From: Pyrodictium occultum
GTDB lineage: Archaea > Thermoproteota > Thermoprotei_A > Sulfolobales > Pyrodictiaceae
DNA: 32,000 bases
Reading direction: 5' to 3'
Assembly: GCF_001462395.1 (NCBI RefSeq)
Contig: NZ_LNTB01000001.1
Span: 930,001-962,000 of the forward strand
A program made the translations under genes and the position numbers. Of this stretch, positions 7,575-15,574 are shown in pieces. Position 1 is the first letter of the stretch; each line of letters begins with the position of its first letter. The notes beneath the pieces were generated by a model. That model saw only the letters and a list, made by a program, of their open reading frames with translations. It made no database searches and had not been told where the DNA came from.

Positions 7575-9062
7575 TTGGCGAGACTTGTCGCGCTCCCTGG
7601 CGCCAGCGTGGAGGGTGCGGTGGAGGCTGACGGGCTCGAGAACGCCGCCGAGAAGGCGGCCGAGCTGGCCGGAGAGGGCGAGCGCGTGCTCATAGTAGGG
7701 GACGGGGCGTGGAGGGCGGCCGAGCTGGCCTGGGAGAGGCTTGAGAAGACCGGCGGCAACCCGCTGCTGGTCTGGGGCCTCGACCCCGTCGAGGCCCGGG
7801 CTGCCGGCGTCCCTCTCGAGGCTGCTGCAGCCGCCCGCCGGTCGCTCCTCGAGTGGCTCCAGCCCGAGGAGGCCGGGCTCCGCACAGCCCCCGGGAAGAA
7901 GCTTGGGCGCCGCGACCTGCTCCGCTCCGGGCCCGCCGCCGTCTTCGAGGCCGTGGACACGCCGGTGGTGGTCGACCCCCAGGCCTGCAGCCTGCTGAAG
8001 GGCTGCAGGGCCTGCATAGACTCCTGCCCCTACGGGGCGCTGGAGGGGAAGCCGCCCAGGGCTGATCCATACAAGTGCACCGGCTGCGGGCTCTGCCTCT
8101 CCGCCTGCCCCGCCGGCGTGCTCGAGGCCGCTGGGGCCGGCGAGGACCCGGCCTGGAGGTATCTACGCCTCCTAGGCGCCCGTGGGCCGGGCTACCTGCT
8201 CATCCTCTGCCGCCGCGACGCGGCCTGGGCCGTCGAGGCGCTGCGCGGGGCCGAGCCGGCGGCCAGGGCCTACATCCTCCCGCTCACCTGCCCCGGGCAG
8301 GCGGGGCTCCGGCTCCTCCTCGCAGCCTGGGGCGCCGGGCTCGCCCCCGTCTACGTCTGCAGCAGCGGGAGCGTGAAGGCCTGCGGGGTGGAGGCCTTCC
8401 AGAGGTACCTGGAGACGGTGGCTGCGGACTACACTGCGCTCACCGGGTTGAAGCCGGTCTTCGCCGCCGAGCGGGGGGAGCTCGGGGAGGTGCTGCAGCG
8501 GGAGCCGGGGCTGAAGCCGGCGGCGCAGGGGGCCGAGAAGGCGTGGCGCTCGGCGGTCGAGGCGGTTAAGGCTAGGCCCCCCGGCTCCAGGGTTGAGACG
8601 GCGGCGCCGCTGCTCGGCGTGGTGGAGGTGGATCCCTCGAGGTGCACCCTCTGCAGCGCCTGCAGCAGGGCCTGCCCCACCGGCGCGCTCGAGATGGTGG
8701 AGGGCGGGGAGGGCGCCCGGCTGCTCTTCCACCCCGACCGCTGCCCCGCCTGCAGCCTCTGCGTGGACACCTGCCCGGAGGACGCGATACGCCTCACACG
8801 CGCCGTCGATCCCGGGCTCCTCTCGGGCGGCACCAGGCTGCTCCACAGCGACGAGACGGCCCACTGCATAGTCTGCGGGAGGCCGATAGGCCCCCTGAGC
8901 ATGCTGAGGAAGGTGGAGGCGAGGCTCCGCGCCAGCGGGCTGCCGGAGGAGACCATCATGAAGATCTACCTGTGCAGCGAGTGCAAGCAGAAGGCCGCCC
9001 TCGGCCTCATAGACCTCAGCAAGTACCTCGGGGAGCAGAGGAAGAGGGGCCAGGCCCTATAG
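7575..9062 (+). CDS. Multi-domain iron-sulfur protein (two 2x[4Fe-4S] ferredoxin modules, MvhD-like central segment, C-terminal Cys4 ribbon)
   Basis: CRACIDSCP...CTGCGLCLSACP and CTLCSACSRACP...CPACSLCVDTCP are CxxCxxCxxxCP motifs. The central LLILCRRDA...ILPLTCPGQAGLRLLLAAWGAGLAPVYVCS resembles the MvhD/FlpD fold. The C-terminus carries HCIVCG...CSECKQK. Confidence 0.8.
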   Translation: MARLVALPGASVEGAVEADGLENAAEKAAELAGEGERVLIVGDGAWRAAELAWERLEKTGGNPLLVWGLDPVEARAAGVPLEAAAAARRSLLEWLQPEEAGLRTAPGKKLGRRDLLRSGPAAVFEAVDTPVVVDPQACSLLKGCRACIDSCPYGALEGKPPRADPYKCTGCGLCLSACPAGVLEAAGAGEDPAWRYLRLLGARGPGYLLILCRRDAAWAVEALRGAEPAARAYILPLTCPGQAGLRLLLAAWGAGLAPVYVCSSGSVKACGVEAFQRYLETVAADYTALTGLKPVFAAERGELGEVLQREPGLKPAAQGAEKAWRSAVEAVKARPPGSRVETAAPLLGVVEVDPSRCTLCSACSRACPTGALEMVEGGEGARLLFHPDRCPACSLCVDTCPEDAIRLTRAVDPGLLSGGTRLLHSDETAHCIVCGRPIGPLSMLRKVEARLRASGLPEETIMKIYLCSECKQKAALGLIDLSKYLGEQRKRGQAL

Positions 9063-9179
9063 AGCCGCCGGCAGGCTCTATAGGCGTATACAGCCGCCTC
9101 TAGAGGCAGTGGATCCGGCTCTTTACCCTCCCCCAGGGCCCCCGGGCTTAGGGGCTGAGAAAGGAGGGCCTGGAGAGCC

Positions 9180-10016
9180 TTGACCACGATAGCGCATATC
9201 TCGGACCTGCATGTGGGCGCACCCTACTTCTCCCCCGAGCTTGCCGAGAACGTTGTGGGGTACCTGGACAGGCTTGAGCCGGATATAGTGGTGGTCACCG
9301 GGGATATAACGGACTACGGCTACATCCACGAGTACGAGAAAGCCGTGGAGCTCCTCTCCAGGATAAACACGCGGGACCTCATACTGGTGCCCGGGAACCA
9401 CGACTCCAGGAACATGGGCTACGTGGTATTCGAGGAGCTCTTCGGCACCCGGTACCCCTTCCTGCGCAGCGGCAGTGTCTGCATCCAGGGCGTGGACTCC
9501 AGCGAGCCCGACCTGGACGACGGCCATATAGGCAGGCTGGCCTACAGGCTCGTGGAGGAGAACCTCGGGGGCTGCAACGGGGTCAGGATAGTGGCGCTGC
9601 ACCACCACCTGGTGCCGGTGCCGGGCACGGGCAGGGAGAGGAACATACCCGCCGACGCCGGCGACTTCCTGGACCTCCTCATGAGGCTCGGCGTCAACAT
9701 AGTCCTCGCGGGGCACAAGCACGTGCCCTGGATATGGGAGCTCAACGGCATGCTCCTCGTCCACGCCGGCACGGCCACCACGACCAGGATAAAGGCGGGC
9801 ACAGTCCCCTCCTTCAACGTGCTGAGGGTGGAGGAGGGCGGAGAGGTCGAGGTGGTGAGGGTCAACTCCTACACGCTGAGGGAGACACCAGTCTACCGGG
9901 GCACGCCCAGGCCGTTCCCACGCTACAGCATAGAGCAGTACCGTGAGATGCTGGACCCGGTGCTCGAGAAGGCCAGGGGGAAGCTCCACCGCTTCGGGAG
10001 GGTGAACGGGAGCTAG
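9180..10016 (+). CDS. Calcineurin-like metallophosphoesterase
   Basis: ISDLHVG, VVVTGDITDYG, VPGNHD, ALHHHL and AGHKH are the canonical phosphoesterase motif series. TTG start. Confidence 0.85.
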   Translation: MTTIAHISDLHVGAPYFSPELAENVVGYLDRLEPDIVVVTGDITDYGYIHEYEKAVELLSRINTRDLILVPGNHDSRNMGYVVFEELFGTRYPFLRSGSVCIQGVDSSEPDLDDGHIGRLAYRLVEENLGGCNGVRIVALHHHLVPVPGTGRERNIPADAGDFLDLLMRLGVNIVLAGHKHVPWIWELNGMLLVHAGTATTTRIKAGTVPSFNVLRVEEGGEVEVVRVNSYTLRETPVYRGTPRPFPRYSIEQYREMLDPVLEKARGKLHRFGRVNGS

Positions 10017-10927
10017 CCCTCCCCAGGGGAGTCGGCTACCACCGGGTTCTCCAGGCAGCCTATCCCCTCGACGCAGACCTCCACGGTGTCGCCGGGTCTC
10101 AGGTAGCGGGGCGGCCTGCGGGCGTGCCCCACCCCCGCCGGCGTCCCGGTGGCCACTACGTCGCCGGGCTCGAGCAGAGTGCCCCTGCTCGCGTAGGAGA
10201 CGAGCACAGCCACGCTGTGCACCATGTCGCTCGTGGTGCCCTCCTGGAGCCTCTCCCCTGACACGGTTAGGGCTAAGCGCAGCCCCCTGCCAGGGTCCAG
10301 CACGGTCCTCGGCACGACCACCGGGCCTAGGGGCGAGTAGGTGTCCCTGCTCTTCCCCCTCCACCACTGGGAGGCCCCGGAGAGCAGCTGCTCCGTCCTC
10401 GCCGAGACGTCGTTGAGGCACGTGTAGCCCCAGACAGCCTCCAGCGCCTCCCCGGGCTCCAGGCTGCGCGCGGGGAGCCCCAGCACCGCGGCGAGCTCGG
10501 CCTCAGCGTCCACCCGGAGCCCCGGGTCGTGCAGCAGTATCGGGTCCCCCGGGCCCACAACCGCGTTGCTGCCCTTGGAGAAGAGGTCGGGGACCCTGGG
10601 CGGCTCGACACCTATCTCCCTGGCGTGGTCCCGGTAGTTGAGCCCCACCAGTATGAGCTTCCCCGGCCTCTCCACTGGGGCCGCGAGCCTCACCCCGCGA
10701 AGCGGGAGCCCATGGTCGCTCCCGGAGACCCGGCGGGCCAGCGCCTCGAACTCCTCGGGCGGGTACTCGAGCATCACCTCCCTCACGTCGCTGAAGCCCC
10801 AGGGGCCCAGCGGGTAGACCCTGCCGCGGTACACGATGGCGGGCTCCACGCCGCCCCCCGGCGCCAGCACCCTGGCGAGCCCGATTACAGCCTCCACGCT
10901 GAACCCCGGGCCCCGCACAGCCCGCAC
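10013..10927 (-). CDS. Fumarylacetoacetate hydrolase (FAH) family protein
   Basis: LILVGLNYRDHAREIG, LFSKGSNAVVGPGDPI, DAEAELAAVLG, GYTCLNDVSAR, RGKSRDTYSPLGP and LEPGDVVATGTPAGVG. Confidence 0.9.
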   Translation of the reverse strand: MRAVRGPGFSVEAVIGLARVLAPGGGVEPAIVYRGRVYPLGPWGFSDVREVMLEYPPEEFEALARRVSGSDHGLPLRGVRLAAPVERPGKLILVGLNYRDHAREIGVEPPRVPDLFSKGSNAVVGPGDPILLHDPGLRVDAEAELAAVLGLPARSLEPGEALEAVWGYTCLNDVSARTEQLLSGASQWWRGKSRDTYSPLGPVVVPRTVLDPGRGLRLALTVSGERLQEGTTSDMVHSVAVLVSYASRGTLLEPGDVVATGTPAGVGHARRPPRYLRPGDTVEVCVEGIGCLENPVVADSPGEG

Positions 10928-11106
10928 CGCGCACCCTCCCCTCCGGGAGCGCTCCTACTCCTAGGGGCCCGCAGCCCCCCGGGTATTCCGGCTATAAAGC
11001 CAGGCCCGCGGTGAGGCCCCCGGCTGCAACAAGCTTTTCGAGAGGCCGGCTAGGGCGCTTATAAGAGCGGCATGGCCGGGGACCCCCGCTCCCGGAGGGG
11101 AGAGGG

Positions 11107-11829
11107 ATGCGCAGGGTGAGCGCCGGCAGCCTCGCCGTGCTCGCCGCGGCCCTCCTCGGCGCGGCGCTGCTCGCGGTGGGCGCGGCCGCGGCAGGGGACG
11201 GGCACCACTACGTGGAGATCCGCATGGACGGCAGCTTCGTCTTGAGGCTGACGGGCTACATAGAGTTCACAGTGCACCCCAGAGGCGCGGGCACCATAGT
11301 GACCGACAGCGGGCCGGTGGTGGTCAATCCCGGCGACCGGGTGAGGCTGGTCTTCAACACCACCCGCGGCTACATCCACTTCAACAGCGGCGGCTGGGTA
11401 GAGATAAGGGACACGCCGGTGGAGGCAATATACGTCAACGATAGGCTCGTAGCCTCCAACACCACGATAAGGTATACGGGGCAGGGCCTCCGCTACCAGC
11501 AGGCCGAGGCCTCCACGCTCAAGGCTGTGGTGGCGCCGGAGCCCTCCAGCGGCGAGGGCCCGAGGCTAGTCCTAGTCGTGGACGGCCACTCCGTGGAGGT
11601 GGACCACGGGGGCTACGTGGTAGTCTACAACCTGGCGCCGGGCCCCGCCGGCCCCGGCAGACGCGGCCCCCACGACCTAGTGGTCGACTTGGCCGGCTTC
11701 CATAAGTGGCTCCGGGGGGCCGCCGAGGGCGTAGAGTTCTGGACCGACAGCGGCGTGAAGGTGATAGGCGTGGACGAGCTGCCCCTCCTCCGCGGCCTCG
11801 CCCAGCTAGCCCGCCAGCTGCTAGGCTAG
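11107..11829 (+). CDS. Secreted/exported hypothetical protein
   Basis: N-terminal signal-like segment MRRVSAGSLAVLAAALLGAALLAVGAAAAG, then a beta-rich, non-low-complexity sequence. TTATAAG lies about 40 nt upstream. No family recognised. Confidence 0.6.
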   Translation: MRRVSAGSLAVLAAALLGAALLAVGAAAAGDGHHYVEIRMDGSFVLRLTGYIEFTVHPRGAGTIVTDSGPVVVNPGDRVRLVFNTTRGYIHFNSGGWVEIRDTPVEAIYVNDRLVASNTTIRYTGQGLRYQQAEASTLKAVVAPEPSSGEGPRLVLVVDGHSVEVDHGGYVVVYNLAPGPAGPGRRGPHDLVVDLAGFHKWLRGAAEGVEFWTDSGVKVIGVDELPLLRGLAQLARQLLG

Positions 11830-11837
11830 CCCCACCC

Positions 11838-12695
11838 CTACTCTATGAGCACGGCCTGGTAGTGGCAGAAGACGCGGGGCGGATCCCTCTCCCCCAGGCC
11901 CCTAGACACGTACATCACCGACTCCCCGCGGCGGTAGAGCCCCCAGGCGTAGCCATACCGGCTGTTAGTCCACACGCTCCGGTTAACCGGCAGGCACCAC
12001 TGGCCCCCATGAGTGTGGCCGGCCAGCACCACCACCCTAGCACCCCTAGGCAGGTGGCTGAACGCGTCGGGGCTATGGACAACCACCAGATCCGCCCCCC
12101 GCGCCAGCCTCTCCAAGGGCCCCCGGTAGCCACGGGGATCCTCCCTCCAAGCCAGCCCCGCCACCCGCAGCCCCAGGACCTCGGCGTCAGAGTCAAGGAG
12201 CACCGAGAACCCCGCATCCTCCAGCAGCCTCACCCCCTCCCCCAGGGGGAGCCTGCGAGCCGCCCACACCTCATGATTCCCAAGCACGGCCACACCAGCC
12301 CTCATGTACCTAGCCACCTCCCGCAGCGTCTCCCACACCGGCCCAAACCCCCTCGTCCTCTCATCCCACGTATCCCCCGCAAGCACCACCAGGTCCGGGC
12401 GGGCGGCACGCGCAGCCCACACAGCCCTCCAGCCAGGAGACCCATGAACATGGAGATCGGCGAGAAGAAGCACACGCCTACCAACACCAAGCCTGACACG
12501 CGTGAGCTCAACCCCAGCAGCCAGAGTCTCAACAACACCAGCGGCAGCCAGCCCCACAACACCAGCAGCAACACCAGCCACAATACCAGCCAGCCCCAAC
12601 CCGGCCCAACCCGCCGGCCCCAGCATGGCGACGCACAAAAACTGCCACCTCCGCGCCAGCCACAAGCCGTAAGGGCAGATTCTGCATCTCTTCAT
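11838..12695 (-). CDS. Membrane-anchored metallophosphoesterase (YkuE/YaeI-like)
   Basis: N-terminal hydrophobic G/V/A/L segment, then LLLADLHVHG, VVLAGDTWD, LGNHE and VVLAGHTHGGQ. Codon usage is atypical for the window (GCT/GGT/GTT/CTT-rich). Confidence 0.85.
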   Translation of the reverse strand: MKRCRICPYGLWLARRWQFLCVAMLGPAGWAGLGLAGIVAGVAAGVVGLAAAGVVETLAAGVELTRVRLGVGRRVLLLADLHVHGSPGWRAVWAARAARPDLVVLAGDTWDERTRGFGPVWETLREVARYMRAGVAVLGNHEVWAARRLPLGEGVRLLEDAGFSVLLDSDAEVLGLRVAGLAWREDPRGYRGPLERLARGADLVVVHSPDAFSHLPRGARVVVLAGHTHGGQWCLPVNRSVWTNSRYGYAWGLYRRGESVMYVSRGLGERDPPRVFCHYQAVLIE

Positions 12696-12796
12696 CGCCG
12701 GGCATCGGTGTTGGCCCGTGTTGCCGGGGGCTCTATTGCTCTATAGCTCTGCCTACCCGCCGCCATTCTTGATGAAACCTAAACAAATAGGATTGG

Positions 12797-12840
12797 AGGG
12801 GGGTGTCAGGGGGGTGTTGGAGTTGTTTTGAGTTGTTCTG
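12797..12840. repeat. Two short tandem duplications at the 3' end of the binding-protein gene
   Basis: AGGGGGGTGT at 12797-12806 and again at 12808-12817. AGTTGTT(T/C)TG at 12821-12830 and 12831-12840. Confidence 0.6.
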
Positions 12841-13561
12841 CTAGTTTTTCTAGTCTTTGTGCTAGTTTTGGCCCGTAGTGGGCTAGTGTGTCGACTGGTG
12901 TTACTAGTAGCTTTGCTCTGGCTAGGAGGCCTGCCATGCGCCATGTTTCTAGGCGTTTCTGTGCGAGGCGGTGGGTGGGGTTTGGTGATTTGGCCTCGTA
13001 GACTATTATGGCTGGGTTGTGCTTCTCTAGCTCCTCCGGTGTGGGGTAGGCCCATTTGGCCTGCCTGTTCTGGTAGGGGTGGGTTGCTCCTAGGTGGGTT
13101 AGTGCGTGGCCTGCGTAGCTGAGGGCGGCTGGTGAGACTGGCTCGCCGAGGTCTATGATGTAGGCTATGCGTGCTCCCTTGGCGGCGGCGTGGAGCCTGG
13201 CGAGGCGCTGGTGGAGTTTCTGGGATAGCTCCTCCGCCTCCCTTATCCTGCCTATGTGGACGCCTATCCTCCACGCCATGTCTGCTACCCCGTGGAGGCT
13301 TGCCGGGATGTCGATGTGTACTACGCGGTAGCCGTGGGCGGTGAGGAGCCTTGCCGCCGGGAGCTGGGCCTCGCCGCTGGTGAAGACCACGTCTGGCCTG
13401 AGCTCCTGGATCACGTCGAGCCGGGGCTTCAGGTAGTCGCCTGCTATCCTCTTCCCGGGCGCGTAGGGGAGGCAGAAGGAGGAGACCCCTACCAGCTCGT
13501 CGCCGGCGCCGAGCTCCACCAGGGTGTCTGTTACCGAGGGGGAGAGGCTTACGATCCTCAA
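12806..13561 (-). CDS. Class III (BtuF/FhuD-like) periplasmic-binding-protein fold protein, no signal peptide
   Basis: RIVSLSPSVTDTLVELGAGDELVGVSSFC...LRPDVVFTS...AYIIDLGEPVSPAALSYAGHAL is typical of cobalamin/siderophore-binding SBPs. Start placed at in-frame TTG 13561. The track's 477-aa ORF (to 14239) adds unrelated upstream sequence. Confidence 0.7.
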   Translation of the reverse strand: MRIVSLSPSVTDTLVELGAGDELVGVSSFCLPYAPGKRIAGDYLKPRLDVIQELRPDVVFTSGEAQLPAARLLTAHGYRVVHIDIPASLHGVADMAWRIGVHIGRIREAEELSQKLHQRLARLHAAAKGARIAYIIDLGEPVSPAALSYAGHALTHLGATHPYQNRQAKWAYPTPEELEKHNPAIIVYEAKSPNPTHRLAQKRLETWRMAGLLARAKLLVTPVDTLAHYGPKLAQRLEKLAEQLKTTPTPP

Positions 13562-14704
13562 TGCTCCCGGCCCTCTCCCCACAGGGCGTGTGGGGCGTCG
13601 ACTAAAACCGCTGGCGGGGGCTGGCGGCGGCCACGGCGGGCCCCTGGGGCTCTCTGGGGATGCTGGCGCCGGAGCCGCTGGTGGTGGGCGCGGAGGGTGT
13701 GCCTCACGGGCCCGGGTGGCGGTCCAGCATGCTGCAGAAGGCCTCGAACTCGGGGAGGCTGCAGGCGTAGCCCTCGAAGCCTCTCCAGGACCCGCCCCCG
13801 CCCTGGAGGAGCCGCCAGTAGAGGTACTAGTGCAGCGTGGGCCCGGAGCAGCAGGGGGCTCGTCCACGGCCAGCCACTCCAGGTAGCAGCTCCTGCCGGG
13901 CCGGTACCAGCGGGCCACGAGGGGGAGAACGGCGTCCTTGCAGGGGGCGTAGACGGCGCCGTGGCGGAGGGAGAGGGCCTCCAGCGCGGTGGATCCTGCT
14001 CCTCCACTCGGCTCCGGGGGTGGAGGAGCCCCTCCCCGGCTCCGGGCCCAGCTGGTAGGGCTCCCAGCCCGCCTCGGGGACGCGGCGCCGAGGACCCGGT
14101 AGAGGCTCTCCAGGCCCTCCCTCGTCTCGCGTATAGGCTCCGCTATGACGCCCGCGGCGCCCCTCTCCAGGGCCTCCTCTGCCACCCGCAGCTGCTCCTC
14201 CTCGAGCCCCGGGAGCAGGGGCTGCACCCTGACGACCACCCTAACCCCGTGGCTGGCCAGGGCCTCGGCGGCGTCGAGCCTCCTGGAGGCGGGGGCTCCA
14301 GCAGCCTCGAGGCCCCGTCGGGGAGGGCTATGGTCTCCTGGAGCAGGAGCAGCTCGTGGTCGGCTAGGGAGAGGAGGCTGAGCGCCTCGGGGTCGGCCAG
14401 GGGGTCGCCCTTAGTGCTAACTATGGCTGGGACCCGGTGGCGGAGGGCCGGCCCGGAGCGGCTCCTTCACAGCCGGGTGGGCCCCGCCGGGGGCTGGAGG
14501 GGGTCGGAGAGGGTGGAGAGGCGGAGCACCGGCCTGGGGAGCCCCTGGAGCCTCCTGGCCAGGGGCCCGAAGGCCGCGGTACCAGCGGGCGTAGCAGTAG
14601 AGGCAGTCGAAGACGCAGCCGGTGAAGGGCTCCAGCCGGAACACGCTGTAGCAGAGGGAGGAGATGTAGCTGCTCGGCTTGATGCCTATCTCGAGCCACT
14701 CCAC
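13562..14704 (-). pseudogene. Decayed radical SAM gene (SplB/COG1533-like), disrupted by frame switches and in-frame stops
   Basis: GTG 14704 opens VEWLEIGIKPSSYISSLCYSVFRLEPFTGCVFDCLYCYARWY (CX3CX2C), but this frame turns into a P/A/G tail and stops at 14417. Conserved-looking continuations sit in another frame: FGPLARRLQGLPRPVLRLSTLSDPLQP, then TGA at 14469..14467, then VPAIVSTKGDPLADPEALSLL. The original frame resumes after the G5 run at 14291-14295 with APASRRLDAAEALASHGVRVVVRVQPLLPGLEEEQL. Confidence 0.55.
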
Positions 14705-14716
14705 GGCCCAGAGCCC

Positions 14717-15568
14717 CTACCTCACCCTGAACAGTGGGAGCACCCTCTCGGGGAGGCTGCAGCAGGCATCGTAGAGCGGCAGCCTGACCCCCAGCTCCCT
14801 AAGCGCCCTGGGGCTCGGGTTGGCTATCCGGTCCACCATGCCCTCCTCCACCGCCACCCGGTCAAGGAGGGGCTTCACCTGGTAGGGCCTCATGCAGCCG
14901 AGCGAGAGCTCCCCGGGCCAGACGCTGCGGGCTAGCCGGAGGAGCCCGGGGAGCTTCTCCGCGGGGGGCGCGGGCTCGCCGGGCGGGGGGATGTAGACGA
15001 GGAGCGTCACCCTCTCAGCGCCCAGGTCGGCTGCGAGCATCAGCTCCCGGCGGAGCAGCTCCGGGCTGCTCCAGGGGTGCCAGAGGAAGATGTGGGGCAC
15101 AACCTCGAGCCCGTGCTCCATCATCCGCTCCATTATCTTGGCGACGCGCTCGGGGCCGAAGGGGAGACGGCGGACACCCATAACCATCTCCTTGCTGAGG
15201 CTCAGCTCATAGTCTAGTATGTCCACGACGCCGCGGAGCCTCTCGAGGACCCAGCCCCGGTCCTCGTAGCCGGGGTGGAGGTTGAACACCATGCCGAGCT
15301 CCCTGCGGGCCTCCGCCAGCTGGTCCAGGAAGGGCTCCAGCGGCAGCCTCCCCTCCCTGGTCAGGCCGCCGCTCACCAGGGCGCCTCGGACCCCGCGGCG
15401 GTGGAGAGACTCGAGGAGCCCCAGGAGGCCGCGGGGCCCCCGGGGGACGGGCAGCATGCCGCGGAGGTAGCGGCTCCCGCAGTGGCTGCAGTTGAGGGGG
15501 CAGCTGGCGCCGGTGAGGCTTATCTCCGTGAACCTCTTCATCATCCTGAAGGCCTTCGGGAGCCCCAC
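14717..15568 (-). CDS. Radical SAM protein (candidate LipS-type lipoyl synthase subunit)
   Basis: ISLTGASCPLNCSHCGS (CX3CX2C) near the N-terminus, with a TIM-barrel-like remainder. It is adjacent to a second radical SAM gene and next to lplA. Confidence 0.8.
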   Translation of the reverse strand: MGLPKAFRMMKRFTEISLTGASCPLNCSHCGSRYLRGMLPVPRGPRGLLGLLESLHRRGVRGALVSGGLTREGRLPLEPFLDQLAEARRELGMVFNLHPGYEDRGWVLERLRGVVDILDYELSLSKEMVMGVRRLPFGPERVAKIMERMMEHGLEVVPHIFLWHPWSSPELLRRELMLAADLGAERVTLLVYIPPPGEPAPPAEKLPGLLRLARSVWPGELSLGCMRPYQVKPLLDRVAVEEGMVDRIANPSPRALRELGVRLPLYDACCSLPERVLPLFRVR

Positions 15569-15574
15569 GCCCAG

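Noticed and set aside
9061-9079. Hairpin AGAGCC-GCCGGCA-GGCTCT beginning in the stop codon of the Fe-S gene, as a possible terminator.
   Set aside because: Archaeal termination relies mainly on oligo-T tracts and none follows. A 6-bp GC stem is unremarkable at this GC content.
9123-10421. Long antisense or alternative-frame ORFs throughout the track (e.g. 9123..10421 -, 11706..12746 +, 13256..14935 +, 17304..18323 -, 18744..20063 +, 8172..8864 -, 5627..6349 +).
   Set aside because: They lie opposite or out of frame to genes with clear family motifs, and they are dominated by R/P/G/A/H low-complexity sequence. This is expected from stop-codon scarcity at this GC content, and none shows recognisable motifs.
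12696-12820. Replication-origin (ORB-like) elements at the centre of the skew switch.
   Set aside because: Only a weak resemblance (AGGATTGGAGGGGGG and the tandem AGGGGGGTGT) to the G-rich end of crenarchaeal ORB elements as I recall them. There is no clear dyad, no repeated full-length ORB and no orc1/cdc6 gene in the window. It is retained only as one of two hypotheses in the skew finding.
14467-14469. In-frame TGA in the radical SAM remnant as selenocysteine or programmed read-through.
   Set aside because: The same gene also needs at least two frame changes and has further disruptions downstream. Sec usage is not expected in this lineage and no supporting element is evident. Nonsense mutation in a pseudogene is the simpler reading.
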